A stretch of DNA of 49,865 nt, from the NCBI GenBank assembly GCA_013205645.1, contig JABMMH010000233.1, positions 1-49,865 on the forward strand, written 5' to 3'. Positions 22,418-34,228 of this stretch are shown one piece after another. Below the pieces are notes generated by a model. It worked only from the letters and a program-made list of their open reading frames with translations. It was not told where the DNA came from and did not search any database. The position numbers and the translations under genes were made by a program. Numbering within the stretch: position 1 is the first letter of the stretch; the number at the start of each line of letters is the position of its first letter. This stretch comes from Polaromonas sp. Its GTDB lineage: Bacteria > Pseudomonadota > Gammaproteobacteria > Burkholderiales > Burkholderiaceae_C.

Positions 22418-23590
22418 GTGGACACCCGTCCCGCAGCTTCCGCTTCTGTCCTTCTGGTGGGCGTCGACTTTGGCCATGCCAATTTTGACGACAAACTTGA
22501 AGAGCTAGGCCTTCTGGCGCAAACCGCTGGCCTCGTGCCAGTTGAGCGCATGACCTGCAAGCGAAAAGCGCCTGATGCGGCACTTTTCGTGGGCACCGGC
22601 AAGGCCGAAGAAATCAAGATGATGGCCCGTGAATGCGGCGCCTCTGAAATCTTGTTTGATCAGTCGCTCAGCCCGGCGCAGCAGCGCAACCTTGAGCGCA
22701 CGCTCGACATGCCTGTCAATGACAGGACGTTTCTGATCCTCGAGATTTTTGCCCAGCGTGCGCGCAGCCATGAAGGTAAATTGCAGGTTGAGCTGGCCAA
22801 GCTGCAATACCTGTCGACACGGCTGGTGCGGCGCTGGTCTCACCTCGAGCGCCAAACCGGCGGTGCTGGTGTGCGCGGCGGCCCGGGCGAAAAGCAAATC
22901 GAACTCGACAAACGCATGATCAGTGAATCGATCAAGCGAACCAAAGAGCGGCTGAACAAGGTCAAGCGACAGCGGCAGACGCAGCGCAAGCAGCGGGATA
23001 GGCGCAACTCTTTCACCATTTCTTTGGTGGGTTACACCAATGCAGGCAAGACGACGCTGTTCAATGCGCTCGTCAAAGCCCGCGCCTACACCGCGGACCA
23101 ACTTTTCGCCACCTTAGACACCACCACGCGCCAGCTGTACTTGGGTGATGCCGCGCGCTCTGTCTCGCTGTCTGACACCGTGGGCTTTATTCGCGACTTG
23201 CCGCATGGTTTGATCGATGCTTTTCAAGCCACCTTGCAAGAGGCGGCTGAGGCTGATTTGTTGCTGCATGTGGTTGACGGCTCCAACCCTGACTACCTCG
23301 AGCAAGTAGAGCAGGTGCAGCGTGTGCTGGCTGAGATCGGCGCCGACCAAGTTCCGCAACTCTTGGTTTTCAATAAGTTGGATGCTATTGAAAAAGACCG
23401 CTGGCCCCTACAGATGAGTGATATGTTCGAGGTGAATGACCCGGTCTCCGAGACCGCCAAGTCCCTTGAGCGCGTTTTCGTCAGTGCCAAAACCGGTGAA
23501 GGCCTGCCTTTGCTGCGGCAAGTGCTGGCCAAACATGCGGGCACCTTGCCCGTAGACGAAAGCCCCCTTGCCGATGAGTCTGTTGTCTGA
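22418..23590 (+). CDS. hflX: GTPase HflX
   Basis: GYTNAGKT, LFATLD, DTVGF, NKLD. Confidence 0.97.
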   Translation: MDTRPAASASVLLVGVDFGHANFDDKLEELGLLAQTAGLVPVERMTCKRKAPDAALFVGTGKAEEIKMMARECGASEILFDQSLSPAQQRNLERTLDMPVNDRTFLILEIFAQRARSHEGKLQVELAKLQYLSTRLVRRWSHLERQTGGAGVRGGPGEKQIELDKRMISESIKRTKERLNKVKRQRQTQRKQRDRRNSFTISLVGYTNAGKTTLFNALVKARAYTADQLFATLDTTTRQLYLGDAARSVSLSDTVGFIRDLPHGLIDAFQATLQEAAEADLLLHVVDGSNPDYLEQVEQVQRVLAEIGADQVPQLLVFNKLDAIEKDRWPLQMSDMFEVNDPVSETAKSLERVFVSAKTGEGLPLLRQVLAKHAGTLPVDESPLADESVV

Positions 23591-23634
23591 TTAGGCACAA
23601 TGTCAGAGTTATCCAAAACTAGAGAATTTGCCCC

Positions 23635-25041
23635 ATGAATCTGAACCCTGTACTGCAGACGGTAACGGCCTTGCCCGCACGGCTGAAGCAGCGCGCGCTA
23701 GGCATGTTTAATTTGAACGATCCACGGTGGGGTCGTGAAGAAGACAAGACGCCCGCATCGTCCGATGAATCCAAGCCGGCGGCAGGGCAGGATGAAACGC
23801 CGCCCGTCAATCCGCCGCAGCGGCCAAAACCGCAAGGCGCAAACCAAGGTCCGCCTGATCTGGACGAATTGTGGCGCGACTTCAACCGCAAACTTGGCGG
23901 CATTTTTGGCGGCAACAAAGGTGGCTCTAACCGTCCGCAAGGCGGTTTGGGTGGTGGTTCTGGCGGCGGCAATGACGGCGGCCCCGGTGGCTTCCAGCCT
24001 GACATGAAAGCCGCTGGCGTCGGTGCCGGCTTGATCGGCGCCGTGGCGGTTTTGATCTGGTTGGGTACCGGATTCTTCATCGTGCAAGAGGGCCAACAGG
24101 CCGTCATCACGCAGTTCGGTAAATACAACTCAACCGTTGGTGCTGGTTTCAACTGGCGCTTGCCGTACCCGGTTCAACGCCACGAAGTCGTCGTTGTCTC
24201 GCAGATTCGCTCTGTCGATGTCGGCCGCGACAACATCATCCGTGCGACAGGTTTGCGTGAGTCAGCGATGCTGACCATTGACGAAAATATTGTCGAGATC
24301 AAGTTTGCCGTACAGTACCGTTTGAGCGATGCGCGTGCTTTTCTGTTCGAGACGCGCGACCCTACCGCCACCGTGGTGCAAGCTGCCGAAACGGCTGTCC
24401 GTGAAGTGGTCGGCAAGATGACCATGGACTCGGCTCTGGCCGAGGAGCGCGACCAGATCGGTCCACGTGTTCGCGTTTTGATGCAGACCATCCTTGACCG
24501 CTACAAAGTCGGCGTTGAAGTGGTGGCCATCAACTTGCAACAAAGCGGTGTACGTCCACCCGAGCAGGTGCAGGCCGCGTTTGACGATGTCCTCAGAGCG
24601 GGCCAAGAGCGTGAACGTGCCAAGAACGAAGCGCAAGCCTACGCCAATGACGTGGTTCCTCGCGCGACCGGTTCGGCTTCTCGTCTGCAAGAAGAATCCG
24701 AAGCCTACAAAGCCCGCGTTGTCGCCCAGGCACAAGGTGATGCGCAGCGCTTTCGCGCTGTGCTGACCGAATACCAGAAGGCCCCGCAGGTGACGCGCGA
24801 CCGTATGTACACCGATGCCATGCAGCAGGTTTACACCAATGTCACCAAAGTACTGGTTGATTCGAAACAGGGCTCGAACCTGTTGTACTTGCCGCTGGAC
24901 AAACTCATGCAGGCAACAGGGCAGGGCACCACGGCTAAAACAGGCCCCGAGTCGTCAAGTGCAGCCGTGCTGCCGCCGATGAACTCGACACCTTCGAATA
25001 GCGCGGAAACACGCGCCCGTGACACGTCACGCACTCGCTAA
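23635..25041 (+). CDS. hflK: FtsH protease modulator HflK
   Basis: GPPDLDELW, SPFH domain, VQAAFDDV; start could instead be the later MFNLNDPRWG. Confidence 0.96.
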   Translation: MNLNPVLQTVTALPARLKQRALGMFNLNDPRWGREEDKTPASSDESKPAAGQDETPPVNPPQRPKPQGANQGPPDLDELWRDFNRKLGGIFGGNKGGSNRPQGGLGGGSGGGNDGGPGGFQPDMKAAGVGAGLIGAVAVLIWLGTGFFIVQEGQQAVITQFGKYNSTVGAGFNWRLPYPVQRHEVVVVSQIRSVDVGRDNIIRATGLRESAMLTIDENIVEIKFAVQYRLSDARAFLFETRDPTATVVQAAETAVREVVGKMTMDSALAEERDQIGPRVRVLMQTILDRYKVGVEVVAINLQQSGVRPPEQVQAAFDDVLRAGQERERAKNEAQAYANDVVPRATGSASRLQEESEAYKARVVAQAQGDAQRFRAVLTEYQKAPQVTRDRMYTDAMQQVYTNVTKVLVDSKQGSNLLYLPLDKLMQATGQGTTAKTGPESSSAAVLPPMNSTPSNSAETRARDTSRTR

Positions 25042-25050
25042 GGAATTATT

Positions 25051-25947
25051 GTGAACAGAGTTGGATTAATTGCTTCTTCGCTGCTGGTGGTTCTGGCCTT
25101 GGTCAGTTCCATGTTGTTTGTGGTCGACCAGCGCCAGTTCGGCGTGGTCTACGCCCTTGGCCAAATCAAGGAAGTCATCCTGGAGCCTGGTCTGAACTAC
25201 AAGCTGCCGCCGCCATTCCAGAATGTCTCATACATCGACCGGCGTCTGCTGACGCTGAACAGCACAGACTCAGAACCGTTGCTGACGGCTGAAAAGCAAC
25301 GTGTGATCATCGACTGGTATGTCAAATGGCGCATCACGCAGCCATCCGAGTACATCCGTAACGTTGGCCTCGATGAGCGTGCTGGTGCGACGCAATTGAA
25401 CCGCGTGGTTCGCAATGCTTTCCAGGTAGCCGTCAACAAGCGAACCGTGAATGAGTTGTTGTCGTCCCAGCGGGAGACCTTGATGGCTGATGTGAAGTCA
25501 GAGGTGCTGAAGGTGGTGAGCGGTGCGCAGCCTTGGGGCATTGATGTGAACGACGTCCGCATCACGCGTGTCGACTATGTCGAGTCCATCACCGAGTCGG
25601 TTTACCGCCGGATGGAGGCTGAGCGTAAGCGGGTCGCCAACGAGTTGCGTTCTACCGGTGCGGCCGAAGGCGAGAAAATTCGCGCCGATGCTGACCGTCA
25701 AGTGGTCGTCACCGTTGCCAATGCCTTTCGTGAAGCTCAAAAGGTCAAGGGTGACGGCGATGCCCAAGCGACAGGTATTTACGGCGAGTCTTTTGGCCGT
25801 GACCCGCAATTCGCCCAGTTTTACCGCAGCTTGGACGCCTACCGCGCCAGCTTTGACAAAAAGAGCGACGTCATGGTGATCGACCCATCGTCTGACTTTT
25901 TCAAGGCCATGCGCAGCCCAGGCACCGGGGCTGCACCTAAACGATAA
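25051..25947 (+). CDS. hflC: FtsH protease modulator HflC
   Basis: SPFH domain, RMEAER, FYRSL; AAGGA RBS. Confidence 0.96.
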   Translation: MNRVGLIASSLLVVLALVSSMLFVVDQRQFGVVYALGQIKEVILEPGLNYKLPPPFQNVSYIDRRLLTLNSTDSEPLLTAEKQRVIIDWYVKWRITQPSEYIRNVGLDERAGATQLNRVVRNAFQVAVNKRTVNELLSSQRETLMADVKSEVLKVVSGAQPWGIDVNDVRITRVDYVESITESVYRRMEAERKRVANELRSTGAAEGEKIRADADRQVVVTVANAFREAQKVKGDGDAQATGIYGESFGRDPQFAQFYRSLDAYRASFDKKSDVMVIDPSSDFFKAMRSPGTGAAPKR

Positions 25948-25955
25948 GCCCCCAA

Positions 25956-25989
25956 AAAGAGCCGCCTGATGGGCGGCTCTTTCGGTTTT
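25956..25989 (+). terminator. Intrinsic terminator after hflC
   Basis: AAAGAGCCGCC-TGATG-GGCGGCTCTTT then CGGTTTT. Confidence 0.8.
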
Positions 25990-26093
25990 AATGCGCACTG
26001 AATTGCTGCTTGCGCAGCTTTTCCTTCGGGCACGTCCCAAACCGGCACCAAGCACCGGTAAAATCATGCTTTTACAGCTCATCTTAAATACGC

Positions 26094-28672
<2,579 letters not shown>

Positions 28673-28755
28673 TTGCGGCTTGATCGCAGCTTGATTTCAG
28701 ACTTGCGCATTCCCTTCGGTTATCTTGAAACTGCTCTTTTGATTGGAAGTCCCTC

Positions 28756-29280
28756 ATGTTGACTGAAGACGGCAAACACCTGTACGTGAGTTACGACGAA
28801 TACCACAACCTGATCGAAAAGCTGGCGATCAAGATTCACCAATCGGATTGGCAGTTCGACACCATCTTGTGTCTGGCGCGCGGCGGTATGCGTCCCGGCG
28901 ACATCTTGTCGCGCATTTTCGACAAGCCGTTGGCCATCATGTCGACCAGCTCTTACCGTGCTGACTCGGGCACGGTGCAGGGCAATCTGGACATCGCGCG
29001 TTTCATCACCACGCCCAAGGGCGAGATCGCCGGCAAGGTCTTGTTGGTCGATGACTTGGCCGACACCGGCCACACGCTGAACGCGGTGATTCATCAGCTG
29101 CGCAACAACTACAAGCCGATCACCGAGCTGCGCAGCGCCGTGATCTGGACCAAGGGCGTGTCGACTTTTCAGCCCGATTACTCGGTTGAGTCGTTGCCGA
29201 CCAACCCCTGGATTCACCAGCCTTTTGAAAGCTACGATGCCTTGCGTCCGTCGCAGTTGTTGGCGAAGTGGAAAATCTGA
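28756..29280 (+). CDS. Purine phosphoribosyltransferase (type I PRTase)
   Basis: LARGG and PRPP-binding VLLVDDLADTGHT; downstream of purA. Confidence 0.88.
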   Translation: MLTEDGKHLYVSYDEYHNLIEKLAIKIHQSDWQFDTILCLARGGMRPGDILSRIFDKPLAIMSTSSYRADSGTVQGNLDIARFITTPKGEIAGKVLLVDDLADTGHTLNAVIHQLRNNYKPITELRSAVIWTKGVSTFQPDYSVESLPTNPWIHQPFESYDALRPSQLLAKWKI

Positions 29281-29317
29281 GAGACTGAGACTGAGACTGA
29301 GACTGAGACTGAGACTG
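29281..29317. repeat. Microsatellite (GAGACT)x6
   Basis: Six perfect hexamer units directly after the PRTase stop codon. Confidence 0.95.
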
Positions 29318-29350
29318 CGCCCAGAGCGGCAAGGTCTGTACCATGCAGGC

Positions 29351-30535
29351 ATGCAAGACCTTTCCACTCAGCTGATCCACCATCCCTATCAGGCGCCGGC
29401 AGGCTTTGCCAGCGTCAACGTGCCCGTGCACCGCGCCTCCACCGTTATTTTTTCCAGCGTCGCGGCTCTGCGCCTGCGCGACTGGAAACACAAAAACGGC
29501 TACACCTACGGGCTGCACGGCACGCCCACCACCTTCACCCTTGAAGAGCGCATCGCCACCTTAGAAGGCGGGCGTTTTTGTACCTTGGTGCCCAGCGGAC
29601 TGGCTGCCGTGGCACTCGTCAACATGGCCTTCTTGCAAGCCGGTGACGAGCTGCTGATCCCCGACAACGCCTATGGCCCCAACAAGACACTGGCCGAGCA
29701 CGAGATGCAGGCTTGGGGCATCAGCCACCGCTATTACGACCCGATGAACCCGGCCGATCTGCACGACAAAATCACGGCCAAAACGCGTTTGGTCTGGCTT
29801 GAAGCGCCAGGCTCCATCACGCTTGAGTTTCCTGACCTGCCAGCGCTGATCGCGGTCATCAAGGCACATGCTGCAGCGCATCCGAAAGGCATTGTCAGCG
29901 TCCTCGACAACACCTGGGGCGCGGGCTTGGCTTTCAACGCATTTACCCTGGGTGTCGATGTCTCAGTGCAAGCCTTGACCAAATACCCCAGCGGCGGTGC
30001 CGATGTGTTGATGGGGTCGGTCGTCACCCAAGACGAGGCCTTGCATCAACAAGTTCATTTTTGCAACATGCGCGTCGGTTACGGTGTGGCCGGCAACGAC
30101 GCCGAAGCGGTGCTGCGTGGACTGGCCAGCATGGCCCTGCGCTACAGTGCGCAGGACGCCTCCACGCGCGCTTTGGCCATGTGGATGCAAGGGCAAGCCG
30201 CCGTCGCTGAAGTGCGCCACCCGGCCTTGCCCGGATCCCCCGGCCATGCCGCGTGGCTGCGCGACTGCACAGGCGCAGCTTGCCTGTTCAGCGTCATCTT
30301 CAAACCAGAGGTCAAGCAAGCGCAGATTGACCTGTTTTGCGACAGTCTGCAACTGTTCAAACTGGGTTACAGCTGGGCTGGTCCGATGAGCCTGTGTGTG
30401 CCTTACGACATCCAAAGCATGCGCCAACAAGCCTGGCCGTACCCAGGTGGATTGGTGCGTTTTTCAGTTGGGCTGGAGTCTGTGGCCGACCTGCAAGCCG
30501 ACCTGACACAAGCGCTTGCAAAGATCGTTGTGTGA
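29351..30535 (+). CDS. metC: Cystathionine beta-lyase (PLP-dependent)
   Basis: PVHRAST, YGLHGTPT, LDNTW, ALTKY (PLP lysine), RFSVGLE. Confidence 0.9.
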   Translation: MQDLSTQLIHHPYQAPAGFASVNVPVHRASTVIFSSVAALRLRDWKHKNGYTYGLHGTPTTFTLEERIATLEGGRFCTLVPSGLAAVALVNMAFLQAGDELLIPDNAYGPNKTLAEHEMQAWGISHRYYDPMNPADLHDKITAKTRLVWLEAPGSITLEFPDLPALIAVIKAHAAAHPKGIVSVLDNTWGAGLAFNAFTLGVDVSVQALTKYPSGGADVLMGSVVTQDEALHQQVHFCNMRVGYGVAGNDAEAVLRGLASMALRYSAQDASTRALAMWMQGQAAVAEVRHPALPGSPGHAAWLRDCTGAACLFSVIFKPEVKQAQIDLFCDSLQLFKLGYSWAGPMSLCVPYDIQSMRQQAWPYPGGLVRFSVGLESVADLQADLTQALAKIVV

Positions 30536-30576
30536 TGCAGTACAGTACAGGATACTCATCATGAAAGAAGCAGTCT

Positions 30577-30762
30577 GTGGCAACACCCAATTATTCTTAC
30601 GAAAAGCGCCAGAAAGAACTCGCTAAAAAACGCAAAAAAGAAGACAAGCTGAAGCGTAAAGCCGATGGCAAACCTGAAGACGGTGACGAGGGCGGAACTG
30701 AAGGCGAAGCTGGCGGCGTCGAAGGCGCACCAGAGACGCCGCCGGCCGGCACACCAAGCTGA
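30577..30762 (+). CDS. Small Lys/Glu-rich hypothetical protein
   Basis: 61 aa, PNYSYEKRQKELAKK; AAGAAG upstream of GTG; own terminator follows. Confidence 0.75.
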   Translation: MATPNYSYEKRQKELAKKRKKEDKLKRKADGKPEDGDEGGTEGEAGGVEGAPETPPAGTPS

Positions 30763-30794
30763 GTTTCGCGTTAATTCAACGCCAGTTCTTCGAC

Positions 30795-30833
30795 AAAAAA
30801 CTGCAGGGCTTGACGGCCTCTGCAGTTTTTTTT
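30795..30833. terminator. Bidirectional intrinsic terminator
   Basis: AAAAAACTGCAG-GGC...GCC-TCTGCAGTTTTTTTT between convergent genes. Confidence 0.85.
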
Positions 30834-30872
30834 CGTCCTTCGGTCCAGTCGCTCGCTAAGTGGGTTTGGGTT

Positions 30873-31928
30873 TCAAGCCGCCAGCAAGTTGCTGGCCAAG
30901 GCTTGCATGGCTTGCACGCTGTGGTCAGTTGGCGTGAGGCGTTTGGCTGAACCATAGTGCTCGAAGTTGCGCTGCATGGATTGCAGGTAAACCGGGTCGT
31001 AATGCTTGGTCAGGAGCTCTAGCACCACGCTGGCCACGTCACCACTGCGGGCGCGGGTTTGCCAGTCAGCCACCACCGCTTTGCCGCGTGCTTCGGTCAG
31101 GGCATCCAAGCGGTCGCAGAAAAATTCAATATCGCGGACAAAAAAGTCGTAGTCTTGCAGCAGCAACTTGACGCGCTCTTCTTCATTCAAATACAGGTGC
31201 AGGCAGGGGCTGCTGCGCATGACCGCCATCAGACTCTCGGGCACCAACACGTTGCCGACTTTCTTGCTCTCGCTTTCGATGTACACCGGCCTGATTGGAT
31301 CAAACGCTTGCAGCGCCGTCCAGACACGGGTGTCAAAGGCTTTTTGCGTCGGTTGCGTCTGACCGGGGATCAGTCCCAGCACCGAGCTGCGGTGATTGGC
31401 CAGCGCCTCTAAGTCAAGCACTTGCGCGCCTTGTTCGGCCAGCGCTTGCAAAAAGCGGGTCTTGCCAGAGCCCGTGGTGCCGCACACCACCTCGTAGTGA
31501 AAGCGCGCCGACAGTTGCGGCAGATCTGCCACCAGTGCCGCTCGAAAGGCCTTGTAGCCGCCTTCGACCAAAGTGACTTTGAAGCCGATTTGATCAAGGA
31601 TCAGCGCCAGCGAGCCGCTGCGTTTGCCGCCGCGCCAACAATACACCAGCGGTTGCCATTCTTTCGGTTTGTCGAGTAGTTCACGCTCAATGTGGCCGGC
31701 GACATTGCGCGCCACCATGGCCGCGCCTTGCTTCTTCGCTTCAAAGGCGTTGATCTGCTTGTACTGCGTGCCGACGATCTTGCGTTCGGCATCATTCAGG
31801 CTGGGCCAGTTGACGGCGCCGGGCAGGTGGTCTTCGGCGTACTCGCCTTCACTTCTAGCATCGATGACGGTAGAAAAACCACCCAACCGGGTCAAGGCCT
31901 CGGTGGCGGAAATCAGTTGCACGCTCAC
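30873..31928 (-). CDS. mnmH: tRNA 2-selenouridine(34) synthase MnmH (SelU)
   Basis: Rhodanese YCWRGGKRS, P-loop GTTGSGKT, DLEALANHRSS, ESESKKVG. Confidence 0.95.
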   Translation of the reverse strand: MSVQLISATEALTRLGGFSTVIDARSEGEYAEDHLPGAVNWPSLNDAERKIVGTQYKQINAFEAKKQGAAMVARNVAGHIERELLDKPKEWQPLVYCWRGGKRSGSLALILDQIGFKVTLVEGGYKAFRAALVADLPQLSARFHYEVVCGTTGSGKTRFLQALAEQGAQVLDLEALANHRSSVLGLIPGQTQPTQKAFDTRVWTALQAFDPIRPVYIESESKKVGNVLVPESLMAVMRSSPCLHLYLNEEERVKLLLQDYDFFVRDIEFFCDRLDALTEARGKAVVADWQTRARSGDVASVVLELLTKHYDPVYLQSMQRNFEHYGSAKRLTPTDHSVQAMQALASNLLAA

Positions 31929-32605
31929 TTGAAAAGCTTCCTCAGTTCAGGCCAGACGTTGGCCAGCATGATCGGGTGCGCGGTTTCATTCGGGTGAATC
32001 CGGTCGCGCTGAAAAAGCGGGCTGGGGTCTGCGATGTCGGCCACATTGGTGAGCAAGAACGGCACCAGTCCTGCTTTGGTGGTCTTGGCGACTTGCGGGA
32101 ACAGGCCCGCAAAAGTAGCGCTGTAAGCGGCGCCGTAATTCGGCGGTACTTGCATGCCGACCAGTAACACGCGGGCTTTGGCTTTTTGTGCGGCACGCGT
32201 CATGGCCAGCAGGTTCTGTTTGGTGGCGTCCAGCGCCAAACCACGCAGTGCGTCATTGGCGCCCAGCTCGATGATCACGATGCTTGGCTTGTGCTGGCTC
32301 AGCAGAGCCGCGAAGCGTGCACGCCCACCGGAGCTGGTGTCGCCGCTGATGCTGGCGTTGACGACGGTCAGCGCTAACTTTTCAGCCTGCAGCTTTTCGT
32401 CGAGTAAGGCGACCCAGCCACTGCCGCGCTTGAGACCGTATTCAGCGCTCAAGGAGTCGCCGACCACCAGCACTGTTTCAGCGCCGCTGCGAGCCGCTGA
32501 AGACTGCGCCTGACTCAGCGTGGGCAAGGTGAGCAAGACGGCCAACAGCAGGATCAGTAAGCCTTGCGAGAGCAGGCCGCGACGTGTCCCATTTGTGCAG
32601 CGCAT
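31925..32605 (-). CDS. tesA: Arylesterase / acyl-CoA thioesterase I (SGNH hydrolase)
   Basis: GDSLS, NASISG, ELGAND, DRIHP; TRRGLL Tat-like signal; start 32605 or 32719. Confidence 0.9.
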   Translation of the reverse strand: MRCTNGTRRGLLSQGLLILLLAVLLTLPTLSQAQSSAARSGAETVLVVGDSLSAEYGLKRGSGWVALLDEKLQAEKLALTVVNASISGDTSSGGRARFAALLSQHKPSIVIIELGANDALRGLALDATKQNLLAMTRAAQKAKARVLLVGMQVPPNYGAAYSATFAGLFPQVAKTTKAGLVPFLLTNVADIADPSPLFQRDRIHPNETAHPIMLANVWPELRKLFK

Positions 32606-32717
32606 TCCGCATGTTTGCAAAGGCTTTGCCGCGGCAAGCGTGGCCAAAGAGCGGCGCTTGTTAAAGTCACTGCGTGCGCGAAGATTGTTGAGCGTTGTGT
32701 TTATTGAAAAGGCTGTC

Positions 32718-33431
32718 ATGTCCGAAACGAATCCTGTTGAGCGTCCCGAGGCCGCACCGGTTGTCATTATCGCCGTCGAGCATGTTTTCAAATCTGTCAC
32801 CGATTCGACGGGTACTTTGACTATTTTGCGCGATATTGATTTTTCCTTGGCCGCCAAGGAAACTGCCGCCATCGTCGGCGCCTCTGGTTCGGGGAAAAGC
32901 ACCTTGCTGTCGATCATCGCCGGCTTAGACACGCCCACCAAGGGCACGGTTCGGTTGGCCGGTCAGGACATTTTTGCCATCAGCGAAGACGACCGCGCTG
33001 CCTTGCGTGCGCAAAAAGTCGGTTTTGTGTTTCAGAGTTTCCAGTTGATGGCCAACCTCACGGCCCTCGAAAATGTCATGCTGCCGCTGGAGTTGTCTGG
33101 CGTGCGCGGTGCGCGGGCGATGGCCACCGAGATGCTCGGCCGGGTTGGGCTCGGTCAGCGACTCGGGCACTACCCCAAGGTGTTGTCAGGTGGTGAACAA
33201 CAGCGCGTGGCACTGGCCCGTGCTTTCGTGGTGCAACCCGCCGTGCTGTTGGCCGATGAACCCACCGGTAGCTTGGACTTCGCCACAGGCGAGACCGTCA
33301 TGAAGCTGATGTTCGAACTCAACCAAGAGTTGGGAACCACGCTGGTGCTGGTGACGCACGATCAATCCATCGCCGCGCAGTGTCAGCGCAAGATCACGAT
33401 CGAGGCTGGACAGGTGGTGACGCCAAACTAG
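32718..33431 (+). CDS. ybbA: ABC transporter ATP-binding protein (YbbA/LolD-like)
   Basis: GASGSGKS, LSGGEQQRV, LLADEPTG; divergent from tesA. Confidence 0.88.
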   Translation: MSETNPVERPEAAPVVIIAVEHVFKSVTDSTGTLTILRDIDFSLAAKETAAIVGASGSGKSTLLSIIAGLDTPTKGTVRLAGQDIFAISEDDRAALRAQKVGFVFQSFQLMANLTALENVMLPLELSGVRGARAMATEMLGRVGLGQRLGHYPKVLSGGEQQRVALARAFVVQPAVLLADEPTGSLDFATGETVMKLMFELNQELGTTLVLVTHDQSIAAQCQRKITIEAGQVVTPN

Positions 33432-33445
33432 TGATGCAAGCGTGA

Positions 33446-33467
33446 AAGTCCCGGTGAAGTCCCGGTG
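33446..33467. repeat. 11-bp tandem duplication in the rlmB promoter region
   Basis: AAGTCCCGGTG x2 running into GATAAT. Confidence 0.75.
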
Positions 33468-33478
33468 ATAATTAGTGC

Positions 33479-34228
33479 ATGTCTTCTCCTCCTAAAGTTC
33501 TTTTTGGCTTTCATGCCCTTGGTGTGCGCATCAAAACCGCGCCGCAATCGGTCATTGAAGTTTTTTACGATGTCTCGCGCCGCGATGCGCGCATGCGTCA
33601 GTTCACCGACCGGGCCCGCGAAGCCGGTATCCGGCTGATCGAATCCGACGGCGTGCGACTGGCCAAAATGGCCGGCAGCCATGGCCATCAGGGCGTGGTT
33701 GGCCGCGTCAATGCCTTGGCTGTGATCACTTCGCTTGACGAATTGCTGGAACAACTCGAAGCCAGCGGTGTGGCGTCGCCGTTGATCTTGGTGCTCGACG
33801 GCGTCACCGACCCACACAACCTCGGCGCCTGTTTGCGCGTCGCCGACGGTGCTGGCGCGCATGCCGTGATCGCCCCGAAAGACCACGCCGCCGGCATCAA
33901 CGCCACGGTGTCCAAGGTTGCCAGCGGTGCCGCTGAAACCATGCCGTACTTCATGGTGACGAACTTGGCGCGTACTTTGGGCGAACTCAAAGAGCGCAAC
34001 ATCTGGTGCATCGGCACCAGCGACGATGCGCCTAAAACAATTTACGACGTCGACCTCAAAGGTCCGGTGGCCTTGGTGCTGGGTGCTGAAGGCGAGGGCA
34101 TGCGCCAACTCACCCGCAAGACCTGTGACGAACTCGTCAGCATTCCGATGCACGGCGCGGTTGAAAGCCTGAACGTCTCAGTGGCCAGCGGCGTCTGCCT
34201 CTACGAAGCCCTGCGCCAGAGACGCTAA
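33479..34228 (+). CDS. rlmB: 23S rRNA (G2251)-2'-O-methyltransferase RlmB
   Basis: HQGVV, LDGVTDPHNLGACLR, GAEGEG, SLNVSVA (SPOUT). Confidence 0.96.
   Translation: MSSPPKVLFGFHALGVRIKTAPQSVIEVFYDVSRRDARMRQFTDRAREAGIRLIESDGVRLAKMAGSHGHQGVVGRVNALAVITSLDELLEQLEASGVASPLILVLDGVTDPHNLGACLRVADGAGAHAVIAPKDHAAGINATVSKVASGAAETMPYFMVTNLARTLGELKERNIWCIGTSDDAPKTIYDVDLKGPVALVLGAEGEGMRQLTRKTCDELVSIPMHGAVESLNVSVASGVCLYEALRQRR

Noticed and set aside
25948-26093. Small yjeT/DUF2065 gene often found after hflC
   Set aside because: Spacer holds a terminator and a TAAAAT promoter-like site, with no such ORF; simple absence of little interest
29281-29317. Possible CRISPR array at the tandem repeats (also 12649 and 47897)
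   Set aside because: Units are 6-12 bp with no spacers, and no cas genes are present
29186-29350. N-terminal extension of metC containing RLRLRLRL
   Set aside because: Produced by reading through the (GAGACT)6 repeat; MetC-like sequence starts at ATG 29351
30873-31928. Selenoprotein or SECIS recoding near mnmH
   Set aside because: No in-frame TGA continuing into homologous sequence was seen; MnmH modifies tRNA and does not imply selenocysteine
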